Of a stretch of DNA of 64,000 bases, positions 40,799-53,500 are shown in pieces. The notes under the pieces were generated by a model. The model saw nothing but the letters and a program-made list of their open reading frames with translations, did not search any database and had not been told where the DNA came from. This stretch comes from Chara braunii (lineage: Eukaryota > Plantae > Charophyceae). Every line of letters begins with the position of its first letter. Position 1 is the first letter of the stretch. The stretch spans positions 2,192,647 through 2,256,646 of the forward strand of contig BFEA01000002.1 in assembly GCA_003427395.1 (NCBI GenBank), in the 5' to 3' direction. The position numbers and the translations under genes are program-made.

Positions 40799-42083
40799 CA
40801 GGGCTGGGCCGGCAACCGGCCGGTCGAGCTGGCCCCGTCGAACCGGCAAACCGGATGGCCCAAAAAAATGCCCATTTTTTTTATTTTTTATTTTTCTTCG
40901 CGGGATCCGACTGCGCTTGCCGAGATCTGTCGGATTCCGCAGTGAAACTTTGAATGTTGGATTTTGTTCTTTGGGGTGTGCCGGGAGGGGGGGNNNNNNN
41001 NNNNNNNNNNNNNNNNNNNNNNNNNNNNNNNNNNNNNNNNNNNAGGAGGAGGAGGAGGAAGAAGAAGAAGAAGAAGAAGAAGAAGAAGAAGAAGAAGAAG
41101 AAGAAGAAGAAGAAGAAGAAGAAGAAGAAGAAGAAGAATAGTGACAACAGGGCCCTTGAGGGAGCAACGAAAAAATAAAATAAAAAGTTTAACGGGTATG
41201 GCTAACGGAGGAGGAGGAGAAGAAGAGGGGGAGGAGGAGGAAGAAGAAGAAGAAGAAGATGACGAAGAAGAGGGAGGAGAAGAAGAAGAGGAGGAGGATA
41301 GGAGGAGGAGGAAGAAGAAGAAGAAGGCAAGCCGATGGCTAAGAGAGGAGGACTAGAAGAGGAGGAGGAGGAGGTAGAAGAAGAAGAAGAGGAAGCGGAG
41401 GACGGCTATGGCTAACGGGCGAGGAGAGTGACCACGAAGAAGAAGAAGAAGAAGAAGAAGAAGAAGAAGAAGGAGAAGAAGAAGAAGAAGAAGAAGAAGA
41501 AGAAGAAGAAGAAGAAACAAACCTGGGGGCGTGATGGAGTGGCTCGTTGGCGGGGGGGCGTGATGGTGTGGCTGGCTGGCGGACGCGACGATGGTGATGC
41601 TGCACCCCTCGGAGACCTACCGACGATGGTGCGGATGCACCGAGTGATGGCGCAGCTGGTTGGCGGTGGTGACGATGGCACGGCTGGCTGTCGGAGGCGA
41701 TGACGGAGCGGCTGCATAGACTGGAGGTGAGCGGGGTTGAATGCGCGATGCGTGTTCCCCCGCTGCACGATTGGTTTCCCGCCACAACAGATTCAAAACA
41801 GTGGCCGATCTTTGCTGCTGATCTGCGACGATCGGCGGCCAAGATTGGCCAGTTTTTGGACTTCGAAAACGCAGGCCTACAGGACCCGGTTTCGTTATTG
41901 CGGGGCAGGGCCCGCCCCCACGAGGCCTCCTCGACACATACGCGCCGCCAATTTTTTTTTTTAGGCCCCAGGAAAAATGCGCTGGGGGCGACCGGTAGGG
42001 AACCGGCCTGGGCCACCGGCTGGTCCAACCGGGAGGACCGCGGATGGGGTAGGGGTCCCCGGTCCATCCGGGGACCAGCCCTG
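40799..42083. mobile_element. Non-autonomous hAT-like element containing (GAA)n
   Basis: 8-bp TSD ATCTGAAT (40791-98 and 42084-91), TIR CAGGGCTGG/CCAGCCCTG, and subterminal ACCGG motifs. Confidence 0.88.
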
Positions 42084-43321
42084 ATCTGAATGGGATATCT
42101 GAGAAATGGTAGAGAGAACCCCTTGACTGATTGTGTTTCTGAGCACTACTGTAATGGCTTTTCGGCCTTATTCAGTCTTCTTGCCTTTCGATAAGCTCAC
42201 AGCTATGGCTTGACCAGCTAGCTGAAATTTGGGTTCAGACGCGCTGCCTTGTGACTTTTGTTGCTGAGCGACTTATTGCACAGCAATGGACTACTACTAC
42301 CTTTTTTATTTATTTATTTTTTAACAAAAGGTTGTTATAGGCCTACTAGGACTCCCTTGTCACAAGAAACAGCACATCAGATTACGATGCTCTTCCTCGG
42401 TGTCCGGTCAGGAGAGAAGCCCTCGGTTTGTTCCTGCACACTCAGGTATGAGAGGATCACAGACCTGCCGTCGCCCCATGCCCCTTGTGTACCTTACCAT
42501 TTTCATAAGTCGCTCGAGCATTTCCCTTTTCCTTTCCTTTTCATGATTGAACTCTGCAAGTTTGTCCAATTTTGCTGTTTGCCTCTTGTGCATTTGTTTT
42601 GGGGGAACCAATACAGGACGATCTCAGTTCCGACCTCAACCCAATCTTCCTAAAATCACTGGCACACACCGTTTGATTGCTGTGGGCACTTGCCTAAACC
42701 TTGGATGAGAAAGTGGCGATGGGCATAAGGTTGTCTGTCACACTGCTGAACCTCTTGTTCATTTTCTTTTTTAAAGTTTTTTTCCTTTCTATATCCAGGA
42801 ACTTGAGGGGTATAACCCCTAGATTTTGTTGTTCTAAATCGCAGCTCACATATTGCAGATCCTGTTACACATCCAGGCACTGCTGAGACCTTCTTGCCTT
42901 GAAGCAGTGCACAGCGGTTGCTGGGAAAAGGGACCAGAAGTTTTTGGCCACATTGGGAACCCTTGGCAGCCTGGCAGTAACTGAGCCATTTGGGGAGGTC
43001 GGGCTGATGCACAGTGTACAGTTCTGCTTCCGTCTGGGTGTCATATCGACAAATCTAGAAAGCGCTTTGACTTTATTTCTACTAAAGCTATAACGATGAA
43101 CATGGAGTCAACACTGCCAAAGTGCAGGGTTTTTCTGGTCTTTCTCTTTTCATGTTCTTCTCCAATGGACTGTTGTACACCTTTTCTCTCTGGTATGTCT
43201 TTGTGTTCTGCAGCTTGTCGATTTTCTTGCCTGCAGCATTGTGATCTCTCTCTCTCTATTGGTTGCCAACTAAATATGACTGTGTGGCTTCTGGTGGATC
43301 TGTGAAGTTTGCTTTATTTTG

Positions 43322-43395
<74 letters not shown>

Positions 43396-43579
43396 NNNNN
43401 NNNNNNNNNNNNNNNNNNNCTCTCTCTCGCTCTCTTGCTCTCTCTCTCTCTCTCTTCCCCCCCCAAAAAAAATAAAAATTCCCCAGGCCCTCTCTCTGTC
43501 TTTCCAGTCACCCCCTATTCTTGCTCACCTCCCTCACTTGGGAATTTGACTGTTGCTTTGGTGATTTCCTGTTGAACAG

Positions 43580-44040
43580 TCGCCACCGTTCTCTCCTGCG
43601 AAGTCCTCTACTTATAAGGTGACTCCCTGTGGCACATCAGAGTGTCTGTCATGCTCAGGCAATGTGTGCAACTATTACATAGCCTATGGAGAAGGAAGTA
43701 CTACTCAAGGGATACTGGGCACGGATGTCGTAACGTTTGGTTTAGGTTCGCCAAAATCGATATCGGCGCAATTGAGTTTTGGGTGTGCACAGTATGAGGA
43801 CTCGCATTTGTACCTGCAGAGGGTGGATGGCGTCATGGGTCTGGGCAGGGGTTCAAAGAGCTTCATCAACCAGCTTGTTGAAGCCAAGGCCATAGCAGAT
43901 TCGTTTGCCGTTTGCTACGTTGGGATTGGTGAAGACAACATTGCTGGCAATGACGATGGACCAATGGGAGCTCTGTTGCTGGGGACGACGCTGGGAGATG
44001 CACCAGGGATAATTTACACTCCTCTTGATATGACTCTAAG
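43580..44040 (+). CDS. Aspartic protease exon 3 (nepenthesin-type insert, flap YGEGS, FGC, DGVMGLG)
   Basis: acag|TCG (phase 0) gives SPPFSPAKSSTYKVTPC...YGEGSTTQGILGTDVVTFG...FGCAQYEDSHLYLQRVDGVMGLGRG...QLVEAKAIADSFAVCY...YTPLD. It ends AG|gtaagg and continues exon 2 in frame. Confidence 0.93.
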
Positions 44041-44807
44041 GTAAGGACAGAATCAGCCACACTAGGGCTAGGCTCCGCTGGTGCGATGCTCGTGCTAAGA
44101 AAGTGTGAACCTAGCGATGTTGAGGAGCGCACTTGTGCTTTCAAGCATGATCGTAGCACCAGTGGAGCCCTGGCCCTCAGCCTCTCTCTCTACTTGCCTC
44201 TCTTAACAAGCCACCAGAACCAAGTGATGTTTCTCCTAAAAATAAACCGGCAAGAACCAAGTGATGAATTCTCTGCAAGAGGTTTGAGCTTGAGAAAAAT
44301 GATTACTCGTGTACCAAAGCACCTTTTCAATGTTTCATGTCAGATGCACCCAATGCGTAAACAACCCTCCAAAATGAAGAAATACCTTCTCCCCTTTCCG
44401 ACCGGTCCCCAGAAGGTTTTGAAAAAGGAGGGAAACGAGGTCCGTCGCCTTGTAAAGCTTGGAAGGCCCTCGGAGGATCCAAGTTATCGTTCAGTTCTAC
44501 GAGGACTACCTCCTCTTTCTGAAAAATTGTATGTGTAAGACTATGGTGTATTGCATTCCTGCATTGTCCTATTGGGATGCAAGCACCTGACAAATGAAAA
44601 AAAGGCAGAAAGAAAAAGAGGAAGACTGCAAAAACAAAGATGATGTCGTAGGCCAGGTATGGCTCTCGGACAAGACTTTCGCTGGACCGTCTTAGTTAGC
44701 TTGATTGGGGTGGTAGTGTGGACACGTCATGACAATGAATATAATAATTAAATATACAGATATTTCATCTTTGTTCGTCGGGGTGAGGTCCCACTTACTC
44801 GGATTCT

Positions 44808-45690
44808 ACTGTTCGGACAGAGTGCCCAGACATGAGACCCCTGTTCGGACAGAATACCCAGACATGAATCCCCTGTTCTTGTGTCTGCCCGTCGTACGGG
44901 TACGGGCCGTTCGTACGTATGGCAGTACTGTACGAACAGCCCCCTGACAGTCGTACGGACCGTATATAGGGCCGTACGTCGGTTCCGGGGCTTTCGGGGG
45001 GGCGGCTTCAAAATTCGATGGCAGGGGGGGGTTGCTGGAGTGAAGGGGTGCCCCTGCGGGAACAAAAANNNNNNNNNNNNNNNNNNNNNNNNNNNNNNNN
45101 NNNNNNNNNNNNNNNNNNNNNNNNNNNNNNNNNNNNNNNNNNNNNNNNNNNNNNNNNNNNNNNNNNNNNNNNNNNNNNNNNNNNNNNNNNNNNNNNNNNN
45201 NNNNNNNNNNNNNNNNNNNNNNNNNNNNNNNNNNNNNNNNNNNNNNNNNNNNNNNNNNNNNNNNNNNNNNNNNNNNNNNNNNNNNNNNNNNNNNNNNNNN
45301 NNNNNNNNNNNNNNNNNNNNNNNNNNNNNNNNNNNNNNNNNNNNNNNNNNNNNNNNNNNNNNNNNNNNNNNNNNNNNNNNNNNNNNNNNNNNNNNNNNNN
45401 NNNNNNNNNNNNNNTTTCCCCCCCCCCCAAAAAAAAAAAAAAAAAAATCATTTTTTTCACCCAAAAAAAAAATCATTTTTCTTTTTTAATACAGGACGGG
45501 TCCCCGACCACCGCTCCACACCCCTGGGGCTCGCAAACCGCCGTGAGACATCCCCAGCCCCAGGTTTGCAGCCTAGTATATGGGGTGTACAAACGGCCGT
45601 ACAACTGTTCGTACGGCTGTACGAGAAGACCCCCGTAGGAATACGTAGCCCTGTTCGGACAGAATGCCCAGACATGAGACCCGTGTTCGC
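44808..45690. repeat. 30-bp tandem unit (ctgttcggacagaatgcccagacatgagacc) interrupted by a CGTACG-rich insert spanning a gap
   Basis: Two units at 44808-44877 and one at ~45650-45688. The insert ends in agccctg, like a hAT terminus, but no matching left terminus was found. Confidence 0.55.
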
Positions 45691-48387
45691 CTAAGTGATC
45701 CGCATTTTGGTGTTCCTAAATGCACCGCGTTTCTGGAGCAAAGATTTCCACATTCATGGTGTATGTCCATTTCGTGTCTCTGCTATTGGTGGATCGAGCT
45801 TTTGCTGTGGAGCTGAAGGATAGTCATTACTCCAGGGATCCAGTTTACCATCCATTTGCTCTTTGCCATTATTTTCTAATATTTTTGCCTTTAGGCTCGT
45901 GCTCCACTGGACTCAATCGGGAGAATTTTCCCTACTCAGAGTAAGTGTGCTGCAGTTCGCACAAGGAAATGGGGGGCTCCACGTACCGAGAGTTTCAGTA
46001 AAAATTATGAAACAAGCGTCCAACCCCACGCTGCCTAGTCACCACGTGCACAGAAGACAAAAAATACGGTGTCGTATCTTCCCATGTTGTAGCGGAAGAT
46101 TCATTCTCGTTTTGCCCTCCGATTGGAAGAACAGCACTGCAGCAAATACGTGGTGGAAGAGACTGCCGGTACCCTTCCCCAAAGTAACGACTGACAAAAC
46201 ATCAGCAGGACTCGGGGGAAGCTGGGGAACTGAAAATAACGCCAAATCTGGCACCCACGTCAGCACTTAGATTGTAGGACTGTTTTAGTGGAGCCCAACT
46301 TAATTGGGAGAAATCCTCCCACCACCCTTACTGATCAGAACTTTTCCTCGGCCAGTGAGCATACCGCCTCAGTCCTCAGATTTCATCGAGGGCCCGTTGT
46401 TTACTATGTTTAGACCAACAGTACTTCCGGGCCACTTTCATCCGGGGCTGCAACCCCCCTCTGCGCCAAGCTTTGGCTGGCACTGCAGCCATTGTGATGC
46501 AGTAGCCCTGAAGCCCGGTTAACACAGCATCAAGGGCCAGTGGCCAATGTATGGGCCAAGCACTGGTGGTTTATATGAAGAGGATCCATGTTGAAGACCA
46601 GATGCGCACCGCATATCCAAGCGCCATGCCATAGCGAAGTTCATGGAGCAGGTTAAACTTGCTGTGGATTCAATGAAGAAGCCAACGCTAGAGTGTCCGA
46701 GTGAATATTTGTATTTGATATATTTGATATATATATACCGGGCAGCTCTGTTTGACTATATATAGTGGCATTGACTGTGGTTGGTGGTCGTTGATGCTTT
46801 AACCACAAGGAGGGTTAAGGTGGACGATCTCTTCACATTATCAATTGGTTAGCGGACTCTGCAGACTGTGGAGGGTCCAACCTCCTGATGAGTCAGTGGA
46901 ACTCTGATGAGAGTCTGTCTGTCACAGCCCCTCTTTTGCTGTCCTCTTCTCCCTCCTTGCCTGCGGTTCACCTGACAATTTTTTATGACAGTATAATAGA
47001 TGTATATGTATTGAATTTGTATTTGTTTTTTGCCTGCCGTCGTTGACTAATCATCACTCCAGATCGACTGCTGCTATGTATGTTGGCCTGAATTCTTTTC
47101 ATTGTTTTGGCCCCATCATCTCAGTGGACCCATTTTTCTTATCCAGACTCGTTGATGCAATCATAGCACCCACATGGCACAAGCATGGTTCGCGGCCGTT
47201 CACCTGCATTAGAATCGTGTCTCAGATCATATTCTATTTGTTTTGCGCAGGTTTGCCTCTGTTTTCCCCTGGAAGCATTTCTCTTTTCTTTCTTCCTTCA
47301 TGATCTACATCGCCTGATTTTAGACTCTAAGCTATGGGGTAGGCCTTGCTGGATTATGTCCAGGTCTTTGTCAGGGAATCTGAAGGGCACAACGAGATCA
47401 CAAAATTTAAACCACCACTATCTCTACCAGTGTGCAGCCGCGGGGCTTTGACGTTAACGCGCCGCAACTTTCGGGGGCTCCGCCATCGTTCAGATTTTTA
47501 ATGTACGGCCGGCTTCGCGGCACGGGCCTCTGGAAGTCGCGGGGAGGACAATGCGCCAGTACAACCGGTAGTTACTAGTGGGTAACACATAGACATTTTA
47601 TATTTTCTGAACGAAACTGAAACCTATTTATTTGGCCCTAAGAATGTCACCGTCTGAAAATGCAGGCCCCCCTCGGATGTTTCTGGACTTCAGCTAAGTC
47701 CAGACGGACCCTCAGGAGCTAAAACAGTGACATGTTTAGGACCAGATAAGTAGATTTCAATTTTGTTATAAAAACAAGTCTGTTTTAACAAAATGCTGAG
47801 AAAAACACCCAACTGGCTGGTCGTCTCTAGGCAGTGTGCAGACACAGAGGATCCTCATAGTACCAGGGACACGGGTATAGAGTAGGATTCTGTAGAAAGC
47901 AGAACGGGGACCAGTTGGGGGGGCTATGAGATCGCTATAGGGTTGGTATGGACTAGTTGAAGGGGATGCTGATAATGTATGGTTCTGCTGGGGAGTTCGA
48001 GGTCCAGTTGCTTGTCTAGAGGGTGGGATAGCATGGGTGTGTAGTGTATATTACCAGGAGGGGGGCTGGTCATTCACATCCATTTGATGGTGAATCGGCT
48101 AGGTGTTTTGCTAAGGCGGGTTGAGGTAAAAACTGCCTAGACTGGGCCCATAATCGCAACCAGTCAGGGAACTGGAATCGGTGGGAACTGGGTCTAGTCC
48201 CTGCTCATAACTGGTAGGCGTTGGGAGGGACATGACTTTGCAATAGGACTTAGGATAGTCTGAAAAGGTACTCTGTATAGGTGGTCCAAGAGGCTCAGCG
48301 GGCCATCCGAACTCCAAACGACGGAGTCCCGGGGATCTGTCTCTGACATGTATGTCAACCTGTGCGTTTAAAAATAAAAAATAAAAA

Positions 48388-48441
<54 letters not shown>

Positions 48442-48767
48442 GCAAGAGGCAAGAGGCAATCCTCTTACCATGGTGGCTGGCCTTGCAAGGACGACTCTTC
48501 AATTGGGTTGTCCATTATTTGACTCTCCCTACTCCTATGGTTGTCTGCCAAGTTCAGTTAGTTCAGGACGGTCAAAAGACGAGTGCTGTGAGCCTGATCG
48601 CCTGGGGGCTAGATCAACTAAAGTGGTGAGGAGTGGATTACTAGATAAACAGTGAGGATGGGTGCAAATGATGAGAGTAACAAGGTTGTTTCCTATACAG
48701 ATCTCGTTCCCTAATTTGCTTGCCGCGTTTTGACCCAGCGGACTGTGACAGGACATAACTTCGTTAA

Positions 48768-48902
48768 ACCACCAGTACTTGGCCGAGCTATCAGCGGTGG
48801 GAAAAAATAGAGTAGAAACATTTCTAGTCGGATGAATTTGGGTGCTCCTGTAGTGACCCGTACATTTCCTAAAATCGCACGACTTTAGGAAGTACTGGTG
48901 GC
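48768..48902. mobile_element. Second copy of the TTAA-flanked MITE
   Basis: TTAA|ACCACCAGTACTTGGCC...AAGTACTGGTGGC|TTAA; the internal sequence matches 32544-32693. Confidence 0.85.
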
Positions 48903-49814
48903 TTAAGCTGTGCCAATGCACAGTGAAAATGGCTACAGATCTGTCATCGGCAGTGGTGAGACGTCCAGGGATGCCCTTTTTCTTTTGTCTTTTTTTCTTT
49001 TTAAAGCAGGTCCTTATGGCGCTGGCTCCTTACCCATTCTGGGGAGCATCAGTTCGGCTCCTTTTCCCCCGGCAAGTCATAGAATACAATATTGACACCC
49101 ACACGCTTCCTTCCGTTTGGCCAAAGGAACCTTGTGCAGCATTGATTACTCCAATTGCTTGGAGGATTGACTGTCAGCGTGCATTCCCACTGTAGTTCCT
49201 CCGCGGTTCAACTCACGGAAACCTGGCAGATGGACTTGCTCATAGGGAAAACAGGAGGATAGTAGGATACTCAGGATAGGGTGATAAGTGAATCGATAGA
49301 TTTCCCTCGCTGCTACTCGTCCAAGTTGCCAGCAGTATACCATTCTCCGTATGAACCAAGAGGCGGTAATCTGCTATTTCCTCGATCATGCTGTCTCGTG
49401 CCCCGGTTAGGTTGCCCGGCTAGGGTCCTGTGGCTCTGGTTGTTGAGTAGTGATCTGTACGCGGAGCACCGACTCAGAGTCGTGCCAGTACGTCCACCTG
49501 AGACTGGGACCATTGATGTCGGCTACCTTGGTTCTTGCCTCTCATGAACTTGTCCAGAATTCTGTGCTGTGTGTGTGGGTTGCTCTGCATTGTGATCTCC
49601 TTTTCCTTTTTTTTTTAAAAAGGACTCTACAGGAAATACTAGTTGAGGTAATATGAGCACCCCCAACTAGTATACCTGTACCTGTCACTCCATCTGTTGG
49701 TGGGGAGCTGCACCTGCTGGAAACCAGGTCCAGCGTCCCATTGGTCAGTCTTTCTTCCCCAGCCAGTAACACGCTTCCCCCTCACAATCTCAGCAAATCA
49801 CAAGGGGGAGTGAT

Positions 49815-50572
49815 GGTGCTCAATCCCTTATTTTGCCAAAATGATCAGGGGAAATTGACATCGGGGGAAGGAAATTCGGTGGGACAGGGGATAGGCTCCA
49901 AATATCAGTGATCGTCACTATTAACTGGGGAGACTCTTATGATGGGGCACCAGCGTACATTCGCAGGGCCAGTTACTGTTACAGAGTCCTATGGGAGGCA
50001 AAGGAGGTATGGTTGCTCAAACAGGTCCACTACAGAAGATATCACAGGGGTTGAGAGGAAGAAGGGAGGAGGAAGTAAGAAGGGGGATAGAGTTAAGGAA
50101 GGAAGCTAGTAGGGGTGGTGAGAAGAGGGAAAGGAAGGAAAGAGAGGAGGAGAGAGGGCAAGAAGGTGGAGGAGAGGGAAGGGAGGAAGGTGCTCAATCC
50201 CTTATTTTGCCAAAATGATCAGGGGAAATTGATCGGGGGAAGGAAATTCGGTGGGACAGGGGATAGGCTCCAAATATCAGCGATTGTCACTATTAACTGG
50301 GGAGACTCTGATGATGGGGCACCAGCGTACATTCGCATCAGGAGGTCAGGGCCAGTTTACTGTTACAGAGTCCTATGGGAGGCAAAGGAGGTATGGTTGC
50401 TCAAACGGGTCCACTACAGAGGATATCACAGGGGTTGAGAGGAAGAAGGGAGGAGGAAGTACGAAGGGGGATAGAGTTAAGGAAGGAAGCTAGTAGGGGT
50501 GGTGAGAAGGTGGGAAGGAAGGAAAGAGAGGAGGAGAGAGGGCAAGAAGGTGGAGGAGAGGGAAGGGAGGAA
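49815..50572. repeat. ~375-bp tandem duplication
   Basis: ggtgctcaatcccttattttgccaaaatgatcagggg begins at 49815 and again at 50189, with near-identical continuation. Confidence 0.92.
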
Positions 50573-50599
50573 GGAGGTACGGAAGGGGGAAGTGGTAGT

Positions 50600-53500
50600 A
50601 TGGGAGGAAGGAGAGTCGGGCAGGAGGGGACAACATCAGGATCTCTAACACATCTGCCTGTTCAGGGGCAGGAGTGGCCTCCTCTACAGGGAATGAAGCT
50701 GACCAATGAGGGTCAGTCGTCAGATCCAGTAACAACTCCTTTGTCGTGGTTACAATGCGTCAAAGGGCCTTTTCAATCTAAAGAATTGGAAATCCCAAGG
50801 CAGGGCGCTCAGTCTCAGTCTCAATCGTTGAAAATACCTATGAGAAATCTGGCCACGGCCAAGGCTTTTTTTTTATCTAAATCTATTACTCTTTAGAGAG
50901 CCGGGTGATTGAATTAACAAGAAAAACACAATGATAAAAACTTACCCGTCTCATAATTGGCAGAACGTGACACAATTTATTCAACACATGCAAATAACTT
51001 GGTCTTCCATGATGCTACTGCTTACAAATCCACTACTGATAAAATTAAGTGGATATGCAAAAGGTCATCAGAATTCAAGGGCAGCTACAAAGCAGTGTGT
51101 GAAGACTTTCTTATTTTGCCAGTTTCAGCAACCATGTTTACAATTCTGTGTTTACACACGACTGATAAAAGATGATTGAATCCTGGAAATAATGAAGGTG
51201 TGATCGATCAGAGGTTCGGATCTATCCCTGGAAGCCGCCTAAACAAGGATCAAATGAAAAGAGAAATCAAATGATGGAAGATTTCTATTGGGTGGAATTT
51301 AGGCACATCCCAATAGTAATCCAAGCGGCATTCATTCATGACTTTGGGGTAAATCACGATATAGTTGACTTTATAGACCCCTCCTTGCGTATGTGGCCAG
51401 AAGGGATGACCATTTGATGTTGGCTCTCAACCACCCGACCATGGTGCCCTTCAATTTGGATGACGTCATCCCATACAGGGTAGGGGGTAAAGAATACCAC
51501 ATTCACAAGGCTCATAAACTGATGCCGTGATGTTTTAGATGCAGAGCTTATGGACACTTGAGTACAGATCCTAACTGCACACAAAATCCGGGAAGGAGGA
51601 ATCGAGCAGCAAGAAGGCTCATTCGGGATCCATTCAAAGTTAATCTATGGAGGACGGTTGATGCTGAGCATGAGGGATGAGTCTACGTGGAGAGTGCCAA
51701 GAAGGGGGAAACGCCTAAAGGTTGGACATGGGAGCGTGAGAGGGATCCTAATTGGGACACCAAACCCCCCGACTCTTGGGTACCCCCTGAAGTAACAGTA
51801 AAAACACCCACAATGGTTGCACAGTCAACGCAGTCAACTCACCAACCCGCGCGCTATGATAGCGCACAGGCCTCCTCGTCTGGAGCACAAGAGAACTTTA
51901 AGGCAAAGGGGAAGGAACCGTCCTCTCCGTCTCCAGATAAGGAAGTTCTAAGACCAGGGAGAAAGGCAAGGGGCTAATGAGTCATTCGCAGTGGATACCG
52001 GTTAACCATAGAAAAGTGGGTACACTCCCGGGTCCACAACCAGCAGACTACTTGTATGTAGGAGAAAAGGGGGTAAGGGAAGACTCTGACTCAGAGTCTG
52101 AGGAATGGGTGGGGACGGTAGAAGAGGGTTCAGTTGAGGGGTTGGTTCAGTTAAAAAAAAAGGAAAAAAAAATATAATAGTTAATCAGTCCACACAAGGA
52201 GGCTGTTCTCACCGGTGATAAGAACTCCCTCATGGAAGAAGTCCAGTCTGATGCACTCCAATCTTCGCAAGGAATGACTGGGGGAAATGAGAGTACATGA
52301 GACTTGATGGGGGAACCAAAAGTAGTTGAGGAGGAAGATCCAGACTTAGTAATGGAGGGAACGGAAGCAACAGCCTCTGATCAGCTTCAAAAGGCATTGG
52401 TCCTGATCCAATGGATGTGGACCCCTCCACAGGAGATTTTGAAATGGAGGATGTAGCCTCCCAACCTGAGCCAGACATCTCTGAGGATCAAAGGATAAAA
52501 CAGTTAGCTGAGTGGGTGTTGAAAAATCTGAAACTGCGGCTTGGGGAAGCCACTGTTGAATTTTGGGATAATTCATATGTCCAGCTGGTTAATCTATTAA
52601 CCAGCCGTCACAGTTTGAAATAGGTTTTACTGTAGGGGCTTCCTGAGGGTGTTCTATGGTCTACGGTAAGCATACGCGTACTGAGCATTGTGATGGGCCT
52701 GTTTCACCCTCCCTCCTCTTCAGGAGATGGGAAACTGGAGACAAGGGATGCACATCGCTGGTGGAGGTAGGGGGTCCCTCCATGCTGCCCAACGACACTG
52801 AAGGAGAAAGGTGCCCCAATCAGACCACTATCCTTGAGTCATGTGGAGTTTCTCCCGAAGGGGGAGGGGTGATAAGGGTAGAAGAGGTAGGGGTGCTTGA
52901 ACCAAGGGTCTCCTCCTATGAGGATCAGGTGGTGGGGATTAAGGTGACGGAGTCTGAAGAGGTCAACGAGGGTAACAAGGAGGTTAGAGCAGATAATCCA
53001 TCAGTTACTCCATTGACGACCCTTCCTCCGGAGGAACAAAGGAAAGAAAAGAAGACTCAAGATCCAGGTAAGCGGCAAAAGTTAAGACATGTTTTGGAAA
53101 AAGGACAAGGCGCTAGGCCGCAGTCTTCTAGAGGAAATCTGGTAATCCCGGTCCAAAAAAAAGGCGAGAAATGGGAAATTGGCCCCTCCCCTATAGGCCA
53201 AGATCAGTATGGGGGGGTCACATTAAGAGGCTAGACCACATACGTGGATTATCAGAGCTCTAATGACATAACTTTTAAGAGGGACCTGCATGATTTCTTG
53301 ATCAAACATTTTGATCCAGGTCCTCAAGATACTCTCACAGAAATCGAGGATCAGGCTAAGATGTCCAAACGTGATACATTCGTGACGTTTGAGGATAATA
53401 AAGAATCGGGTCTGAGATGGTTCTTGCATGCAGCAATGTTGGAACTCCGGCATTTGAAAATCAAGGCAAATGCGGTATGGTCGATAGGGGAGGTCTCAAC

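Noticed and set aside
40784-41770. Poly-E/K/R/S, (ER)n, (CV)n and Gly/Arg-rich ORFs in the ORF track (also 4.6-4.9, 13, 23, 39, 43.3 and 61.4-64 kb)
   Set aside because: These are open frames caused by microsatellites, low-complexity sequence and N gaps.
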